A stretch of DNA of 61,620 nt, filler included, from Choristocarpus tenellus KU-1152 (GCA_964200185.2; 8 parts of 8 records of this genome joined end to end with filler, not necessarily neighbours in it); one strand, 5' to 3'. Shown: positions 36,867 to 51,240, numbered from the whole stretch's first letter. A program made the numbers and translations. The notes: generated by a model from the letters alone, not told the origin.

Positions 36867-39129
36867 NNNNNNNNNNNNNNNNNNNNNNNNNNNNNNNNNN
36901 NNNNNNNNNNTTAATTAATTAANNNNNNNNNNNNNNNNNNNNNNNNNNNNNNNNNNNNNNNNNNNNCCCTCACAAACCACTACCCCCCCCCAAGATACTT
37001 TGACCCTGGACCACAATGTACGGTTTATACAGTGTACTCCGATTACTATTTTCAAGGACACTCATACTCATAACCTATTACATTAGTTGACCTCTCTACA
37101 TGCATTGAGCATAATAACACCACCTTCAGCTCCACATAGGTCAGGAGTAGTAAATGTGATGTCTTCAAGTCTCCTAATTTTCCTTCTATCTTTGCGATTT
37201 CTTTGCAATTTAGAGTTACACGTAAGGGTAATGATAAGTATTTTCTTGAGTAGGAACAATCTTGATTGACAGCAGTATACAAATGTCTACTTTCCAGAAA
37301 GATTCTATATTGGTCAGTGATAAAGACTGAAGGACATGACGTTGTGAGGGTGATGGAGGTCGACAATGGGGAAGGGTACAAATTGTCCCTCTGAACAACC
37401 GCTCAAATGCCCCAGCATCAACAACAATGCCAAGGATCGAGATACCAACGATACATTGAGTTGTGTAACTTAGAAACCTCATGTCCAAATTTCTCCTGGT
37501 GTGGAACTCCATCATCATACCTGCACGTCAAATTCAAAACAAAACTAACATGGCTAGGAATGGATACTATACAGCAAGTGCACGTAAGTACACACGTACG
37601 CCTACATTATCACGAGTACATCTATCTCAAGGTTCCCTTCCAAAGCTAAAAGTATTTGTTTTGTGTTCCTTTGTATAGGTAGGCATATGCTGACCTCTTC
37701 TAAACCTACTTACTATATATTTAGGTACCCACACCCATGTACTCCTGCTGCCATGCTACACCATCACACTTATTTCTACTTCTATAGTACGTAGCATATC
37801 GTATATACAAACCCTCTTTTGTATGTGTATTGGTCCGACTAGCAATGGCTGATGGAGGTGTAATGCAACAAGCACATGATTGCGGACATACATGTGGATG
37901 AGGTCCAGGCAGATAATACACAGGTTAGGAGCAAGTGCCGAGCTTATTGTATTCCTCCATATCATAGGCACCTGCCACACGTGTAAGCGAGTCTGGAACC
38001 TTCTCTCTTCTCTCTCCCGTTGCTTGTTCCTACTGTCAAACCGTTATGTGAACCCAACCACTCACTTGATCCAGCGAGTGAGGGACACGATAGGCAACAG
38101 GGAACAACAGAGCGAAGATTGCTGGCAGATACAGTTTTATTTTTACATTATATCGCATTCCATTTTGACTTGGCACAAACGCCATCCCCAGTTTCGTGAA
38201 AAAAGACATATTTTGGGTAATAATTGGGCAGACGTACCTTAGCGTTGAGATATACGCCATACAAAGGGAGATGGGAGCGCAGTTTGCTGTCATAACAAAC
38301 ACCCAAGCAGTGTTCTTTAGTGTACAACCTGCACACTTTAAAGTGCTATTTGCAGCAAATGGCTGTTGTCTTATTCCTACTGTCACACTGGGATCACCAA
38401 ACTTCACTAGGCACAAATATAGGTATGGACACTAATGGAATTTGTGGCACCGTGGATCTGGATGGTGATAGTGGGATGAAGAGACTGCCCTTTCATTACC
38501 ACACCCATGACGAGGAAAAGAGTGATGAGGGCACCAATGATTATGAGCCCACCGCTATGTCAAGGAATTCACCTCCTCCAACTGGAAACAAACCTTCTTG
38601 TCGCTGCAAAGTTCAATTTGTCTGCCACAGGGTCAGATTTGGGGAATGCGCCGCCAACAAGGTTGCAGGTAGTGCCTTGTCCAAAACGGCAAGCACAAAG
38701 GAAAGCGTATGTACCGATCAGGTGGTGCTAATGGACAACAATTTCTTTGGCCTTGGAAGTTGAAGCACTGGACTTGATAACTGGACAAAAGATGAACCAA
38801 GTTAGCATAGTAGATAGATACATTGTGCTGGCATGAGGACCATAACACAAACCGGAGCAAGGAAGAAAGAGGCTCCGAAGCAACTGTTTGCAATTTGAAA
38901 GGGTAGCAGAAGGCGGTCAAGAGACTACGGCAACCAGAGGTAGACTTTCTTGTACATCTGCTATTGTGTGTGTTGAGATGTGTATTGTGATACTACTATC
39001 TGCACGACTGTATTGTTTTGTGCAGTGCAACTGCTTTCCAATTGCTACTCTGCCCAATCTTAAGATATACACCATTCTTTCTATGAATTAATTTCTGACC
39101 GCTTTAGTGTTCATCTTGGTGGAATCAAA

Positions 39130-39735
39130 TTGGGAGCATGGTTACTGACTTTTTGTGGATGAGACCAGGAGACTAGCTCTCCTGGTGACTCAAGACGCCA
39201 TCATGTCATTTGGTCTCAAGGGTAAGGCATAACTTCTAGCCAAAAAGCCACCCGTTACAGAAGTCGAGCGTGAGGGAGATGTATGAGCCTGGCTTATGCA
39301 GAGGCATTTGACGGCCTCCATATTGAGGCTAGTGATCTTTCTACCAACAACAACATCACCAAGGCTCAGGAATGGCTACAATTAGAAGAGCAGGAGGAGG
39401 ATGAAGTCGATATCTTGGTACAGGACCAAAGATATGAGCTACTGGACGTACCTTGTTCTACACCAGTACTGTAGTAAGGCTGAAGAGGAATGGGGTCCAT
39501 CAGGAAACGAGACCATGACAGCGGGTGCTCATGGCGATGGCCGTGGAGGGGTGAGCCTTCCTCGCCCCCCTTTGTGGAAGTGCTGGTACCTTTTCTTGAT
39601 TCAAAGAAAATATTAAGTAGATAAAAGAGTTGATTAGATCGAAGCTGCACATTCCTGGACAAGACATTGAGTTGTTGAGTGCGTATGCTTCGATACCTGT
39701 GCTGCACACAGATATCGGACAGTTCTTTGACTGAT
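39130..39735 (+). pseudogene. Possible decayed C-terminal part of a pogo/Tigger-like (DDE_1) transposase
   Basis: Broken frames give VTQDAI..., EWLQLEEQEEDEVD and LLSAYASIPVLHTDIGQFFD*, which recall tails of algal pogo-like proteins. Recall only; no catalytic motif seen. Confidence 0.3.
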
Positions 39736-41958
39736 GTGTGTTGTGCGTAGGTTTTTCCCAGCACTCTGCGCCAACATGTAATAAACTGCACACACATAAC
39801 ATTGGAGGGACAAACCGTCATATTTGAGTGAAAGTACGAGTCGGGAACATATATATGGACGACATTTTAAATACGATGTCCTTCTTTTCACCTGTGATAC
39901 ATTTATTTTGGAAAGACCACGTTAGGGCGTATCAGGTCCGAAACGAAGACACACGCCCTAACACGGCCTTCTTTTGATTTTATAATATTTCGTACAGTAA
40001 AGGTATGTACGTAATTTTGAGGTTGTCACTAACATGCGTTATTAATGGATGCATATCCACCAACTAAGCTTAGGTGTGATATTTGAAAGGGCGATTGTGA
40101 CCGAGAAAATGGATTAACTGGACGCCATAGGGGACAACCACATCCTCACCGTATCTCAATTATCTCAACATAATATTATTATCAACTATTGAATAACAAA
40201 ATATCGAACAAACACAAATTAACTTTATATTTTATTCGGTTCTATTTTGTTCGAAGACATTGTGAAGAAGTGTGTCTCCTAGAGAAATATTTTTGAGTTC
40301 TTTGATATTCGAACTGATAGAAGTAGGTACATCACTGATCAGGGTCATAGCGTCGGGGTCATGGTGTTAGGGTCATGGTCGTTACTGAGTGGCGGGCGTG
40401 ACGGCTGCCATCGGTAATTTCGTGGGTTCAAGGCCCTTTAACGCCATTCTTCTTTTCACGAAGAGTCTGGTTTCGATCATGCTATTCCACATGGCAAGCA
40501 ATATGGACCGTGGACTTGTGTGAGGTAAAGAAATTGAGAGGTAGGCAGGTTTGAACCCTTTTACATCTAAGCCATCTTTTTTATCATATGAAATACACTC
40601 TATTTCAATGCTTCATGTATACAAAAATGAGTCAACCAATTGCGGGGTATGCAGGTTTGGACCTTTTTTATATTCTAAGCTATCTTTCTTACCCTATATG
40701 CAATACGCTCTACTTCATTGTTTTTTGTGCACATTAGTGTACGTGAAATTGATGTTCGCCCTTCTTTCCACACACAAATTGGCAACACAATTCAGCAAAA
40801 AATATCAATTTTGCTCTTTCGCAGGATCCTTAAAACATTAATAAACAAAATGAAGTAAATTTGGAACCCATTAATTTATAGCAGAGTTGGATGACAAGTT
40901 GATGCAGGTTGCCAGGTATTATAGAATGGGAAGTGAGTGAAAATGGTATGTCAAAAACTGTCTGGTGTTAGATCTTACTTCCAATCATAGACTTTGGAAA
41001 AGTATTGGATAGGAACAATAACCCACTGTAGGATCCCTAAACGGGGCAAACAGCACCGTGAAACACTGTGTCAACGATGAGGTTTAGCAAGAGGATGTCG
41101 AATATTGTGCGATGCTTATTTTGTCTAATATATTCGATGAACAGGTGCGTGTAGGGTAGGCGGCATAGATTGGTCTTGGGGAAAGAGTGTATGGCACGCT
41201 CTGGGCGAACAGGTATATTCAGCCCAAAAGCTGTCTACCAACGGGGTCACCCTAGACCCTTTGCAAGATCTTGGACTAACCCATCTCGAGGAGTTCACAC
41301 CTCACTTTCATTGCTAAGCATCAGCAAAGTCTACGATCCCTCCGACTTCCATGTGAAGCGTTCTCTGGGAACGGGGGAACTGGATGGGTATTGCATGAGT
41401 AAAGCTTTATCAACAAGGTCAATTAATCGAATATCTTTGCACTGTTGTATTCTTCATTTTGATTCCTCCAATCGATTTCAGGCTTTCACTCACCTTTTCT
41501 CAATACTGTTCGTTTAAAAAAAAACTTTCTCTATTTTCATCTCTCTTCCCCAAAATCTCTCCCCATACGTTCTTCTACTCACTCTACCCATTCTTCGATT
41601 CCGTCAACAAGAAGTGTTTTCGAACTTTGTGAACGGTCTGTGATTGTGAGAGCGTTCGTGTTCCGTTTTCCAGCAAATACACGTACAGAACTAACTCTGA
41701 TGAAAGTATGTTTGTACGATATGTCAACGAGATCTATCTCTACATATGACCTGTCTGTCCGTTGTACAAAGAAGGAACATAAATTCAAGAAACATTATTT
41801 CAACATTCAACATTCCTGGATGGTCGGTCGGACGTTGATCCTCCACATTTAAACTCACATACACCAACTGCAAGTCAACTACTGTGCGAACTCTGAATCG
41901 TATCACAGTTGCAATCGAGTCAATACCTTCAAGGTTCGAGGTTCGAGCCCAACCAGGA

Positions 41959-43725
41959 ATGGTAGCAATGGCAAATTCGGGTAGACTGGGAGATGAAATA
42001 GACGTAGGATCCTACACAGTCCGCTTGAAACGAATACTTGGGGAGGGTGGGTTCGCCTTCATCAACCTTTGCGAGGTGCAGATTGCAGGCTACCCAAGAA
42101 AAGCCCCCCAATATTTGGTCATGGTTGTGAGAAAGTCACGTACACGATTCATCCCACTTGGTCATGCATGCTCTGTATCGTTGCTTCCCCTGAAGAAGTC
42201 GTTGTGCCGTCACTAGAAGACGAGAACTGACGCTCGTACAATTGCTGGAGGTGACTAATGTGCAGCAAGGGGCATTGGGGTTGTAGCGTTTTTTAGCCTC
42301 CTACAGTACAGTATCAGAGGAAGAGTTGAGGAAATGCAATGCTTGCAAAACGTATTGGGGTCTAGTTGTAGACATAGTCATCTCTGGTATCCACTCTCCC
42401 TTTCTCGCAAAATTCATACTAGACAGTTCAAGGCCTTTTCGCATAGCCGTCTCTAGTATCTTGAGCCACTCTCTCGCAATTTTCCTACCAGAATAGGAAC
42501 CCATGGAAACATTGGCTCCCCTAGATTATTGTGTGTTTCGTATGTAGGCTGCGATGGAGGGTTCGATACTAGTTCCGTTTTCGGCATTTGGCATTGTGAG
42601 ATCTTGCAAACTCCTCGACATGCCTCCAAAAACATACCAATATGTTCTATGACACCCCCCCTAACACTGAGAACCTATCGCATATGTGTCTGGGGCTCTA
42701 CTGTTAGCTCCTCACATTTGTGTAAGGGATACATAATCCGTTTTCTCGATCACTGTCGATTGCTGGCCTACCAAGTGCTAGTATGTGCACCTTAACTTCT
42801 TCATTGGTCTTTCTAGTTTGTCTCAATACCCATAGCTTGGAACCGTGTCGGGAAGCAAGCGAGAAGGATAGCAGTTGCTGACTGTATCTACACATGGTAT
42901 ACTCCGTAGCATTTCTTTTGAACGAGGCACGCATGCCGAGCCTGCTCGACCATTACGATCAATCGTAAAACGTGAATCACCACCAGTTTGACTTCCCACA
43001 TCAAACGCATTTTTTCCCACTCCCAGATAAAATTTCTCCCTTCTAACCACCACCGCAGTATATCAGAAACAAGACTAGGTACTCCCCCTGCCTTCTCAAT
43101 ATCGTTCATCCTTTTGCAAACTTGAATCGAAACATCTCGCAAAAATTTTGGTTGCCCCTCGATCCCTAGCCCCTCACCAAAGAGATGAGGTGTACAAGAT
43201 TCTCTTTTGATTTTATATCTGAAGTACATGTATGTATATATCATCGTGAAGCCTGCAAATCTGGAACATTCCAGTGTGTACCCACTCACATACCTCTGCC
43301 AAGAAGAGAGATAGGGAGAGGGGGAGGGGGAGCGGCTAATTTCTCCGTAAGCAAGCCATCTGCATCTATGTGTGTGATTCAGAGCGGTAACAGTATTGCT
43401 CAGCAGTGATTTATTATTATTTTTTTAATAGAAGGGTGAATGTACACGAGGAATTATTTTTTTTGCAAGAAATACAGGCAGCTCTCAAAGGGTGTGGGTG
43501 TGGGGCAGGAGGCGTTTTGTCAGTGGTTTCCGTTTCCCCTATTTATTTTTTTTACTTGCACAGCGCTTATTCTATTGATCGTTAAAACTTTGTGCTGTGC
43601 AGGATGTGACTACTGGAAACGATCTCGTCCTCAAGAGGACTAGCATACAGACCTTCGAGGCAAGGAGAATATACGACATGGAGGTTTCGATCATGAAGTC
43701 TATGCGCCACTCAAACATAGTTCAG
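41959..43725 (+). CDS. NAK-family (AAK1/BMP2K/GAK-like) Ser/Thr kinase, first two exons; truncated by the contig end
   Basis: 41959-42075 (VGSYTVRLKRILGEGGFAFINLCE) joins in phase to 43603-43725 (LVLKR...EVSIMKSMRHSNIVQ): kinase subdomains I-IV with a NAK-type EGGFAF loop. Confidence 0.85.
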
Positions 43726-44395
43726 GTGTGTCAATTTTGTTTGTAGGGGGGGGTGGGGGGGGGGGGGGGGGGAAGGGGGGGGGGGGCGAGGGGGGGGTTT
43801 CCTTGTGGGGNNNNNNNNNNNNNNNNNNNNNNNNNNNNNNNNNNNNNNNNNNNNTTAATTAATTAANNNNNNNNNNNNNNNNNNNNNNNNNNNNNNNNNN
43901 NNNNNNNNNNAAACACAACCAGACCAACAAAAACAAAAAAAAAAAAAAAAAAAAAAAAGAGGTTGACAAAGGGACCTCCCCCCCCCCCCCCCCCCCCCCC
44001 CCCCAGATACTTTGACCCATCAACGCAACAACATACATATTTACTGCACTGTATATATTGCCACAACAAGTTCTCAAAAAAGAGAAAAGTAGTGGATAAA
44101 ATGATTGTATAGTGATAAAATCGCTGTAGGTAGGGATTACCAATACTGGACAGACGTGTTTCCATCTCTGCATCTGTTTTTTAGCATGAAAAAGGACTAG
44201 GAGAAAAATCATTGAATCTTTTTCGTAGTGGGTGCTCCTCCTTTCCTCGTCAAGGGCTAGAGGAAATCCTTGCGTGATGCTATCCAATTCTTCTGGAATC
44301 AACGTGAGTAATTCTTGAGCTCAAACCGTAGTTGTTGCCTTACCTCTTCCATGCCTTCAGATCCCCAATGCAACCCTATGCTCACATCAAGTAAG

Positions 44396-44675
44396 GGCTC
44401 AAAGAATCTGGGGGGGAGGGGGTTCTACACCAGGGTGTTCATTCAGGCCCTGACCAGGAGAATTGCACTTGCATCATCCATCTGATGCATGCAACCAAAT
44501 CACAAATAATCTTGACATGGAAAAATGGGCCCTGAATGAACAGCCACCACCCCCCCCTCGAGAAATGCACATACATTATCCATCCGACGCATGGAACCAA
44601 ATCACACAAAAATCGCGGCATGGAAAAATGGGTCCCGAATGGACAGCCGCCACACCCACCCAGATACTTTGAGTC
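44396..44675 (+). mobile_element. MITE family B, full-length copy with internal duplication
   Basis: TIRs GGCTCAAAGAATCTGGG / CCCAGATACTTTGAGTC; a similar left end is at 58383. Confidence 0.8.
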
Positions 44676-45344
44676 TTATCTTCACCACCGACTTTCCACT
44701 CCCTACCATTTCTTCTCACCAGCCACAGCTCCCCCAAAAAATCCACATCCACTATAAAAAATAAAAAAATGTGCCCCTTACCAGTAACGCACAAACCCCA
44801 TCATGCACCTTGCTCTTCTATGCTACCAACCCATCAAGGACATTGGTGAAGGGGCTTGGGAACACAAGTATCAGTCGCCCGAATTTGGTCCGATCCATCA
44901 CGTGAAGTTCTTCTATGACAAGAGCCACCTTCAGACAGCGGAAAGTTGACCATGCCTAGTACTATTTCTCTACTGAGGACATTTTGGGGAGTTGGATGTA
45001 GGATAAGGGAGGCGGTGTTCGAGGGAGAAGCTATCAGAGATTGAAGGAAATGAGAGCTCCTTCTCACACCGTTCAGGGCAGGGGTCACATTGCCCTCTCT
45101 GCTATTAAGCACAGGGTGTACTGTCTTGTCAAAAACGCAATAAGGTTCTGCCTGATGTATCGTTTGGTAGGATTCATGTGACAATTCCTCTCTTGATGGT
45201 ATTGCTCATTAATAATTCAGAGGAGGTTTATGTTTACATAGGTCTTCTGTCATTGTCAACATGAAGTTGAGTAGTTGCCAGTACATGCCTCAACCTAGGT
45301 GTCACCCTGAACGAAGAGTAGCACTACCACAATGGCATCATCAT

Positions 45345-45603
45345 GAGTCAAAGTATCTTAGAGGGTAGAGTCATGTCCATTTGGGGGCCAAAATCCAATT
45401 TTGCGATTTTGATGTAATTTTGGTTATCATGTTTGTTAGGGAGCGTCAATATCCTTTTTCTGGACACACCTTTTCATAACGTACACATTTTGCTTACTCC
45501 AAAAAACTTCAGAGTAGGAAAACTTCATAAAAAAAAACATGGGAAGGTAAGCCCCAAACGTATAAACAGGGCAAAACTCTTACCTTCCAAGATACTTTCA
45601 CTA
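45345..45603 (+). mobile_element. MITE family A copy, 4-bp TSD TCAT
   Basis: tcat|GAGTCAAAGTATCTTAGAGGGTA...AAGATACTTTCACTA|tcat. Confidence 0.9.
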
Positions 45604-46961
45604 TCATGGTAGCGTGGTGCTGATATATTGGTGAGGCTCCTATCATAGTTTACCACAGGCACAGCTCTCTTGGGATTGAACTCAATACTAGTGCTCAAAA
45701 AAGTGTTACAACAGGTTCAACACAAGCTTATACCCAGCCTCAGGTACCTCACAAAAATTAATGGAGAATGTCACCAAACAGACATCAAGTGAGTACTTCA
45801 GTATGTGGTAGAAAGGTATGGTAAGGTGCGCACAAAGTTCCCCACTACTTGTACAATATTTTGGGATATCTAACAATATTCACTGTGTTGTGGATGCAGT
45901 ATTGATGGGGCATGTTCAGAGAAGAAAAATTGAGAAGGCTGTGCTGTTGTTCATGAGTCGAAAATACCGATGCTGAGTATTCAACTATGTTATTCAATAT
46001 TGCCCCTGGCATTTTGCAGAAGTTGTCGTGGAGGGAAGAAGCACGGACTGTTACAAATATTATTTTCACACCTCGGTCAACATTACACTTTTTGTAACAC
46101 TAAAACATTACAAATATGTTGTGTCAACGTTCAACTAACTGTTAGGTACTTGGAAGTGTGTGCCCTATGTATGATTTGGTTTGGAGGTAATTTGGGCATA
46201 ACGTAGTGTTGTACGAACTGGAATGTTACACAGCACCACATACTATTCAATAATTTTTTGTCGCCAGTGTTACAGGCATAACAAAGTATCGAGTATTGTG
46301 TTGTTGAAGGTGTGATTATTTTCATCATTGAAAAAAGAAGCGCATATAAGTGAACCAAACAACATAGAAGAAGCGATGGAGTGGGTGGAACAGTATTACT
46401 ATGAAAGAAATAATGAACAAAGCATTTTGTATTATTATGCCCTCTGACATTTTGCGGATGAGTCGAGGGAAAAGTCAACAATAAATGAACAAGTATCACT
46501 GAAATATACTGTCAGTGACAAGCTTGTATGGTGGGAGTGCAATTTAAAATGTTTTGTCAATCTGCCAATCGCCCAATATGTTGGTGTGACATTTGATTGG
46601 TTGTCGTTGGTTTTTCCCCTGATGCATCTCCCAAATGTCGGAGGGCATAATAAAATATGTTGGTGTGAATCTTAAATTCGTCCTCAAAATCAGCTTGCTG
46701 CCACTTATTATTGCTGTTTATTTCCATAGTTGTGGATGTATAAGCAACTACATTTTCCATTCACAGTCAACAGCAGAACCATGTACATAGTCGATATCAC
46801 GTGTTTCTTGAAGATCAGTCAGTCTTGTGCTGAGAAGTACCCTGAATATTTCAAGCTATTGGTCTCCATTTTGCCATGATCTGCTTTTTTTCAGACTTCA
46901 TCAGTTCCCTTCTGCGTAGCCTTGGGGATCCCAAGGAGTAGGGATAATTAAACTTCCCTCA

Positions 46962-47222
46962 GACTCAAATCATTTAAAGAGGGTAGGGCCGCATCTGCTT
47001 GGGGTCATAAATCCAATGCTATGATTTCGATGAATTTTGGCTATCACATTTCATAGCAAGTGTCAACATCCATGTTCAAGACACACCTTTCATAGTCCCA
47101 TAGATTTTTAGGTAACTGTGTTACAGAAAACCGAAAAGGGGCATAAAAAACCCTAACCCTAAGCCAAGCCCCGAACGGACAAACAGGGCAAAACTCCCTA
47201 ACACTCTTGAATGCTTTGACTC
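46962..47222 (+). mobile_element. Diverged MITE family A copy
   Basis: Colinear with the other copies; ends GCTTTGACTC. Confidence 0.8.
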
Positions 47223-48986
47223 TCAAAGGGCTCCACAATACCTACCTTCATGGAGTGACTCTCTTGTCTAGTGTACCCTAAGGGAAGCACTTCCTTCCCA
47301 CGTTATTTGTAGCCTTGATCGTATTGTTCAGGGATTGATAATAGTCCTAGAAAAGAGCTTGCACATTTCAATTTTGGTGGACTTTTTGTTTTGAGGTTTT
47401 GGATGAGGTTGGATGAGGTCGGATGAGGTTGCAGGTTAGCATATGACAGGGCGAGGTACCTCTCTGACCGATTGACTATCATGGCATTACCCTATACTTC
47501 TAACCATTGCACCACCCTTGCCACCTAGATCCCTCCTCTGAATAACACCAAACCGCCCATCCAGGCCAATCAATACACAACAATGACCGCAAGAGCTGTA
47601 CATTATCAATCAGGTGGAGTCACTACCAAAGGCAACAGTTGCACCAATGGGATAGCCCATACGCCGCAAAGGGCCAATGAGTAGCATTTCCCCCAGTCTA
47701 TCCCCCACCTCATAACAACAGTATTATTATTATTCTTATCATTATTATTATCATTATTATCAATACTGCCGTATCTCAAGGAGCAATGATTATAGACATG
47801 AGGCACAACAACAAGAACCACAATACCTCTCATGCGCAATATCCATTTTTTAACACATGCACACACGCACACACACATGAACAAAATAGGGTACACGCAC
47901 CCTCATGAGGTGCGGTCTCATGTCTACATTCGTCAGAGCCAATGCCACCGTCAATGGTCTGCGATATTACTACCTTCCCCCCCCCTCCCCCGCCTCTTAG
48001 CCCTCAACTCATTTCCACTCCCATCATCTCCATTCAACAACGTCGAAATGTCAGCACTGGCTCCTAGCAAAGGCTCCTTACGCCACAACCCTCCTACACC
48101 ATCACCCCCCCCCGCCCAGTCCAAGGCATTCCCCTCTCCCACTACCCAGCTCNNNNNNNNNNNNNNNNNNNNNNNNNNNNNNNNNNNNNNNNNNNNTTAA
48201 TTAATTAANNNNNNNNNNNNNNNNNNNNNNNNNNNNNNNNNNNNNNNNNNNNATGATTCCTCATCGCTAGTAGTCTACGCATTTTACCTACATGTACGAT
48301 GCATTCGATTCAGGTTTCGACACTAGCAGCCTTGAGTATCCTTTCTACTTGGGGGGCATCGGACAGGCAATAATCAGATGTCGAGTAGGTCATGAATCCA
48401 GTCAAGTAAGTCTAATCCCTGATAGAACTTGCATCTATAACTGGGAAGATTGGAATGATAGGTGTGTGAATTATAGGCCTAATCAGAGCTATGTACTTCT
48501 TAACTTTTGAAGGTCCAGTTCAGAAGAAACAAGGGCATACTCGGATTAGGCCAGAAACAATTTGACGGAGATTGTATTGTGTGACCTTATGGACACCTTG
48601 AAGGGAACATGGATAAATTAATCACATTTGTGATTTGAGAGATCGGAACTGGGGACCCATTTATTTTAGGCGATGTCAGATATATATGTACTTTGTGAAT
48701 TTTGAAGGTGCGTTTCAGAAAGAGCAAATGTATACTCAGACTAGACCAGGAGAAATCTGACTCCGACGGTATTCTTTGACCCTTGGGAAAGATTTTCCTG
48801 AGGAAAACAAGTATATTTGTTGACCTGTTTTGGGCGTAGTTGTAGTTATATATTTTTTAATAAAAGTATATACTCTTTTCTGGTCAGACACATATTGATC
48901 TTGACTGTGCCTTACGAATTTTGGGATTCATTCTCAAAGGAAACGAGGGGATTTGTTGATCATTGTTGGAATCCACGGGTTAATTT

Positions 48987-49125
48987 TGAACTGGAGTCCA
49001 TATGTTGGAGACAACTGGCAGAGTCGGAGCTGGAGTCCCTACGTTGGAAACAACTGGCAGAGTTGGAACTGGAGTCCCTATGTTGGAAACAACTGGAGGA
49101 GTCGGAACTGATGTCCCTATGTTAC
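48987..49125. repeat. 36-bp tandem repeat x about 4 (GGAACTGGAGTCCCTATGTTGGAAACAACTGGCAGAGT-like)
   Basis: Read directly. Confidence 0.9.
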
Positions 49126-51240
49126 CAAAGGGCAGTTATGCATGCCGCCGCAGCATGATCTGAGGTGGTAGATGATATTTATTATCCAGATCAATGATTA
49201 TCGCCTGTGGTGAGCGTGAAACAGGTAGTCCCTGCATGGAGCGTAGGATAGCAGAAGTTGGAACCGTGAAGTAACCCACATCAGAACAGATAGTAATTTA
49301 TATAAGATGTTTGTTTTTTTTGTCATTTTGTGATTTAATTTTTTTTCTTTGTACATCAGGTACCTGACCACCTTTATTCTGTATTTTGTTCTATTTTCCT
49401 TTTAATTTATATTATTCTTTCAATTTAATTTTGGATTTTCTTTTGTTTTTTTGTGTCTTTTTTCATTTTTTTTTCCCTATCCCATGCTTCTTTTTTCTCT
49501 CCTCTTTTGTCCGAACAGGTACCTGATCCCCTTATTTCCTTGTTTTGTTCTATCCTTCTTCAGCCCTTTCTTTTCTGTCCCTTGTCTTCCATTTTTTTTT
49601 TTGTCGCTGATGTTGATGTTATTGCCTGTTTTACGCACTAGCAGCCGTCAGTATGCTTCATGCTTGGGGGCATGAGACAGCCAATAATCAGATGATACTT
49701 GGCACCTTAGAGTAGCTGTACTTTAGAAAGAGTAAATCTGTACTCCGATTAGGCTAGATACAGACAGATCTCTCCAAGTAGATCAGGATACATTTTTCGG
49801 ACCTAGTAGGAGTCCGGTATTTCTTTCTTCTTTCTTTCTCCTTGCCACAGGATGATCTGAGGTGATTGACGATATCTATTGCCTTCACCGGTGACAATCG
49901 CCTGTGGTAAGCGTCAAACATGTATTGCTAGTTCACGCTGGGGGGCATGTTACAGGCGAATAGTGCGAGCATTTCTTTCTGCGTGCCAAAATGTGCGAAC
50001 AGTATACATACGTAAGAATTCATACAAGAGGATCTTTGAATTGATAGAAGATGCGGAGTAAGATTCGGAATGCACACATAACCTTACAGAATAGACGTCA
50101 ATTCCTGAAAGTTGCAGAATAAAGATTTATGATTGGAGTATTTACACAGCAATTTGCAGACGTCATTTAACTCTTTGGCTGTAGAAAAACGGTGAATGAC
50201 TCTAATAAAAGACTGACTTGTTGACCACACGACTCAGTTCTTTGATTCTTACCCTCTTTTGATAAAGCGAAAAACCAGACATCGACTGAGCTAAGCATCA
50301 ACTGACACCATACGTGGTCATCATCTGTGGACCCCCGCGTAGAGTCTTTTTAAGGTCGTCGAATTTGAGTTGCATATCCTGTGGAGGTGAGTTCTGGGGC
50401 ACGCTGTAACACAAGTGCTCCAACAGTTTGCTTTATGAAGTCAAGCAATACCACTGCAGGAGCCAAGCATAAGTTCTACTTGACAATTCAGGCTCAGAAA
50501 GCATGCATGGCCATCGAGTCATCTCCTCTACTAGAGGGCGACTTGAAGCCAAAGAATAAAGAGGTATCAAATTCCTCAGATGATGTTACCCGACTTGGTG
50601 GGCAGGGATTCCCGGAAGTCACTAGAAAAGCATCAAAGACCCACTATGTCACTCGAGCCCTACGTCTCGACCAGGACCTCCAAGTTTCGGTGTCGAGCAA
50701 GCTCAAATTGTTAGGAACATTTTTGTAGCATCAATGACTAAGAGTGTTGGCAGATAGTTGATGCTAAAGAACATACCCAGATATCATATTGGACGGGCTG
50801 ACTTTGATCATGAGTTTTCAGGTGTACGTTCTCATATCTACATAAACGACTTACTATAACCATCGATGAAGGACCCTATTCACGCCCACAATCGCAACAA
50901 TAACGGTTAAACCACCCTAAAGGGGGGTTGAACTTGACCCTTTCGAATCTCGTGGCTTTCTTGAACTTTGAGTAGTACGTATACCACAGGTACATGGCCG
51001 ACACGCAGGGAACCCTAACCCTTAGGAGGGTGAGGTTGTAGAAGGTAAGAGTGGCTGCGAACACGATGTTGGCCAAAAGCATAATCGACAGTGATCAAAA
51101 CGCATACATACCTGTTCCACAAGGCCGTCGTAGTGACCTTACAAAACCCAACGACACCCCTCTTTGATAGTATCACCCCCAATCTATATAATCCCCAAGA
51201 AGCAGGATTCCCTTAATGTAGCCCACTTGTAGCGGCCAAT

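Noticed and set aside
37700-38800. Cluster of Cys-rich short ORFs
   Set aside because: Interrupted by stops and no family recognised.
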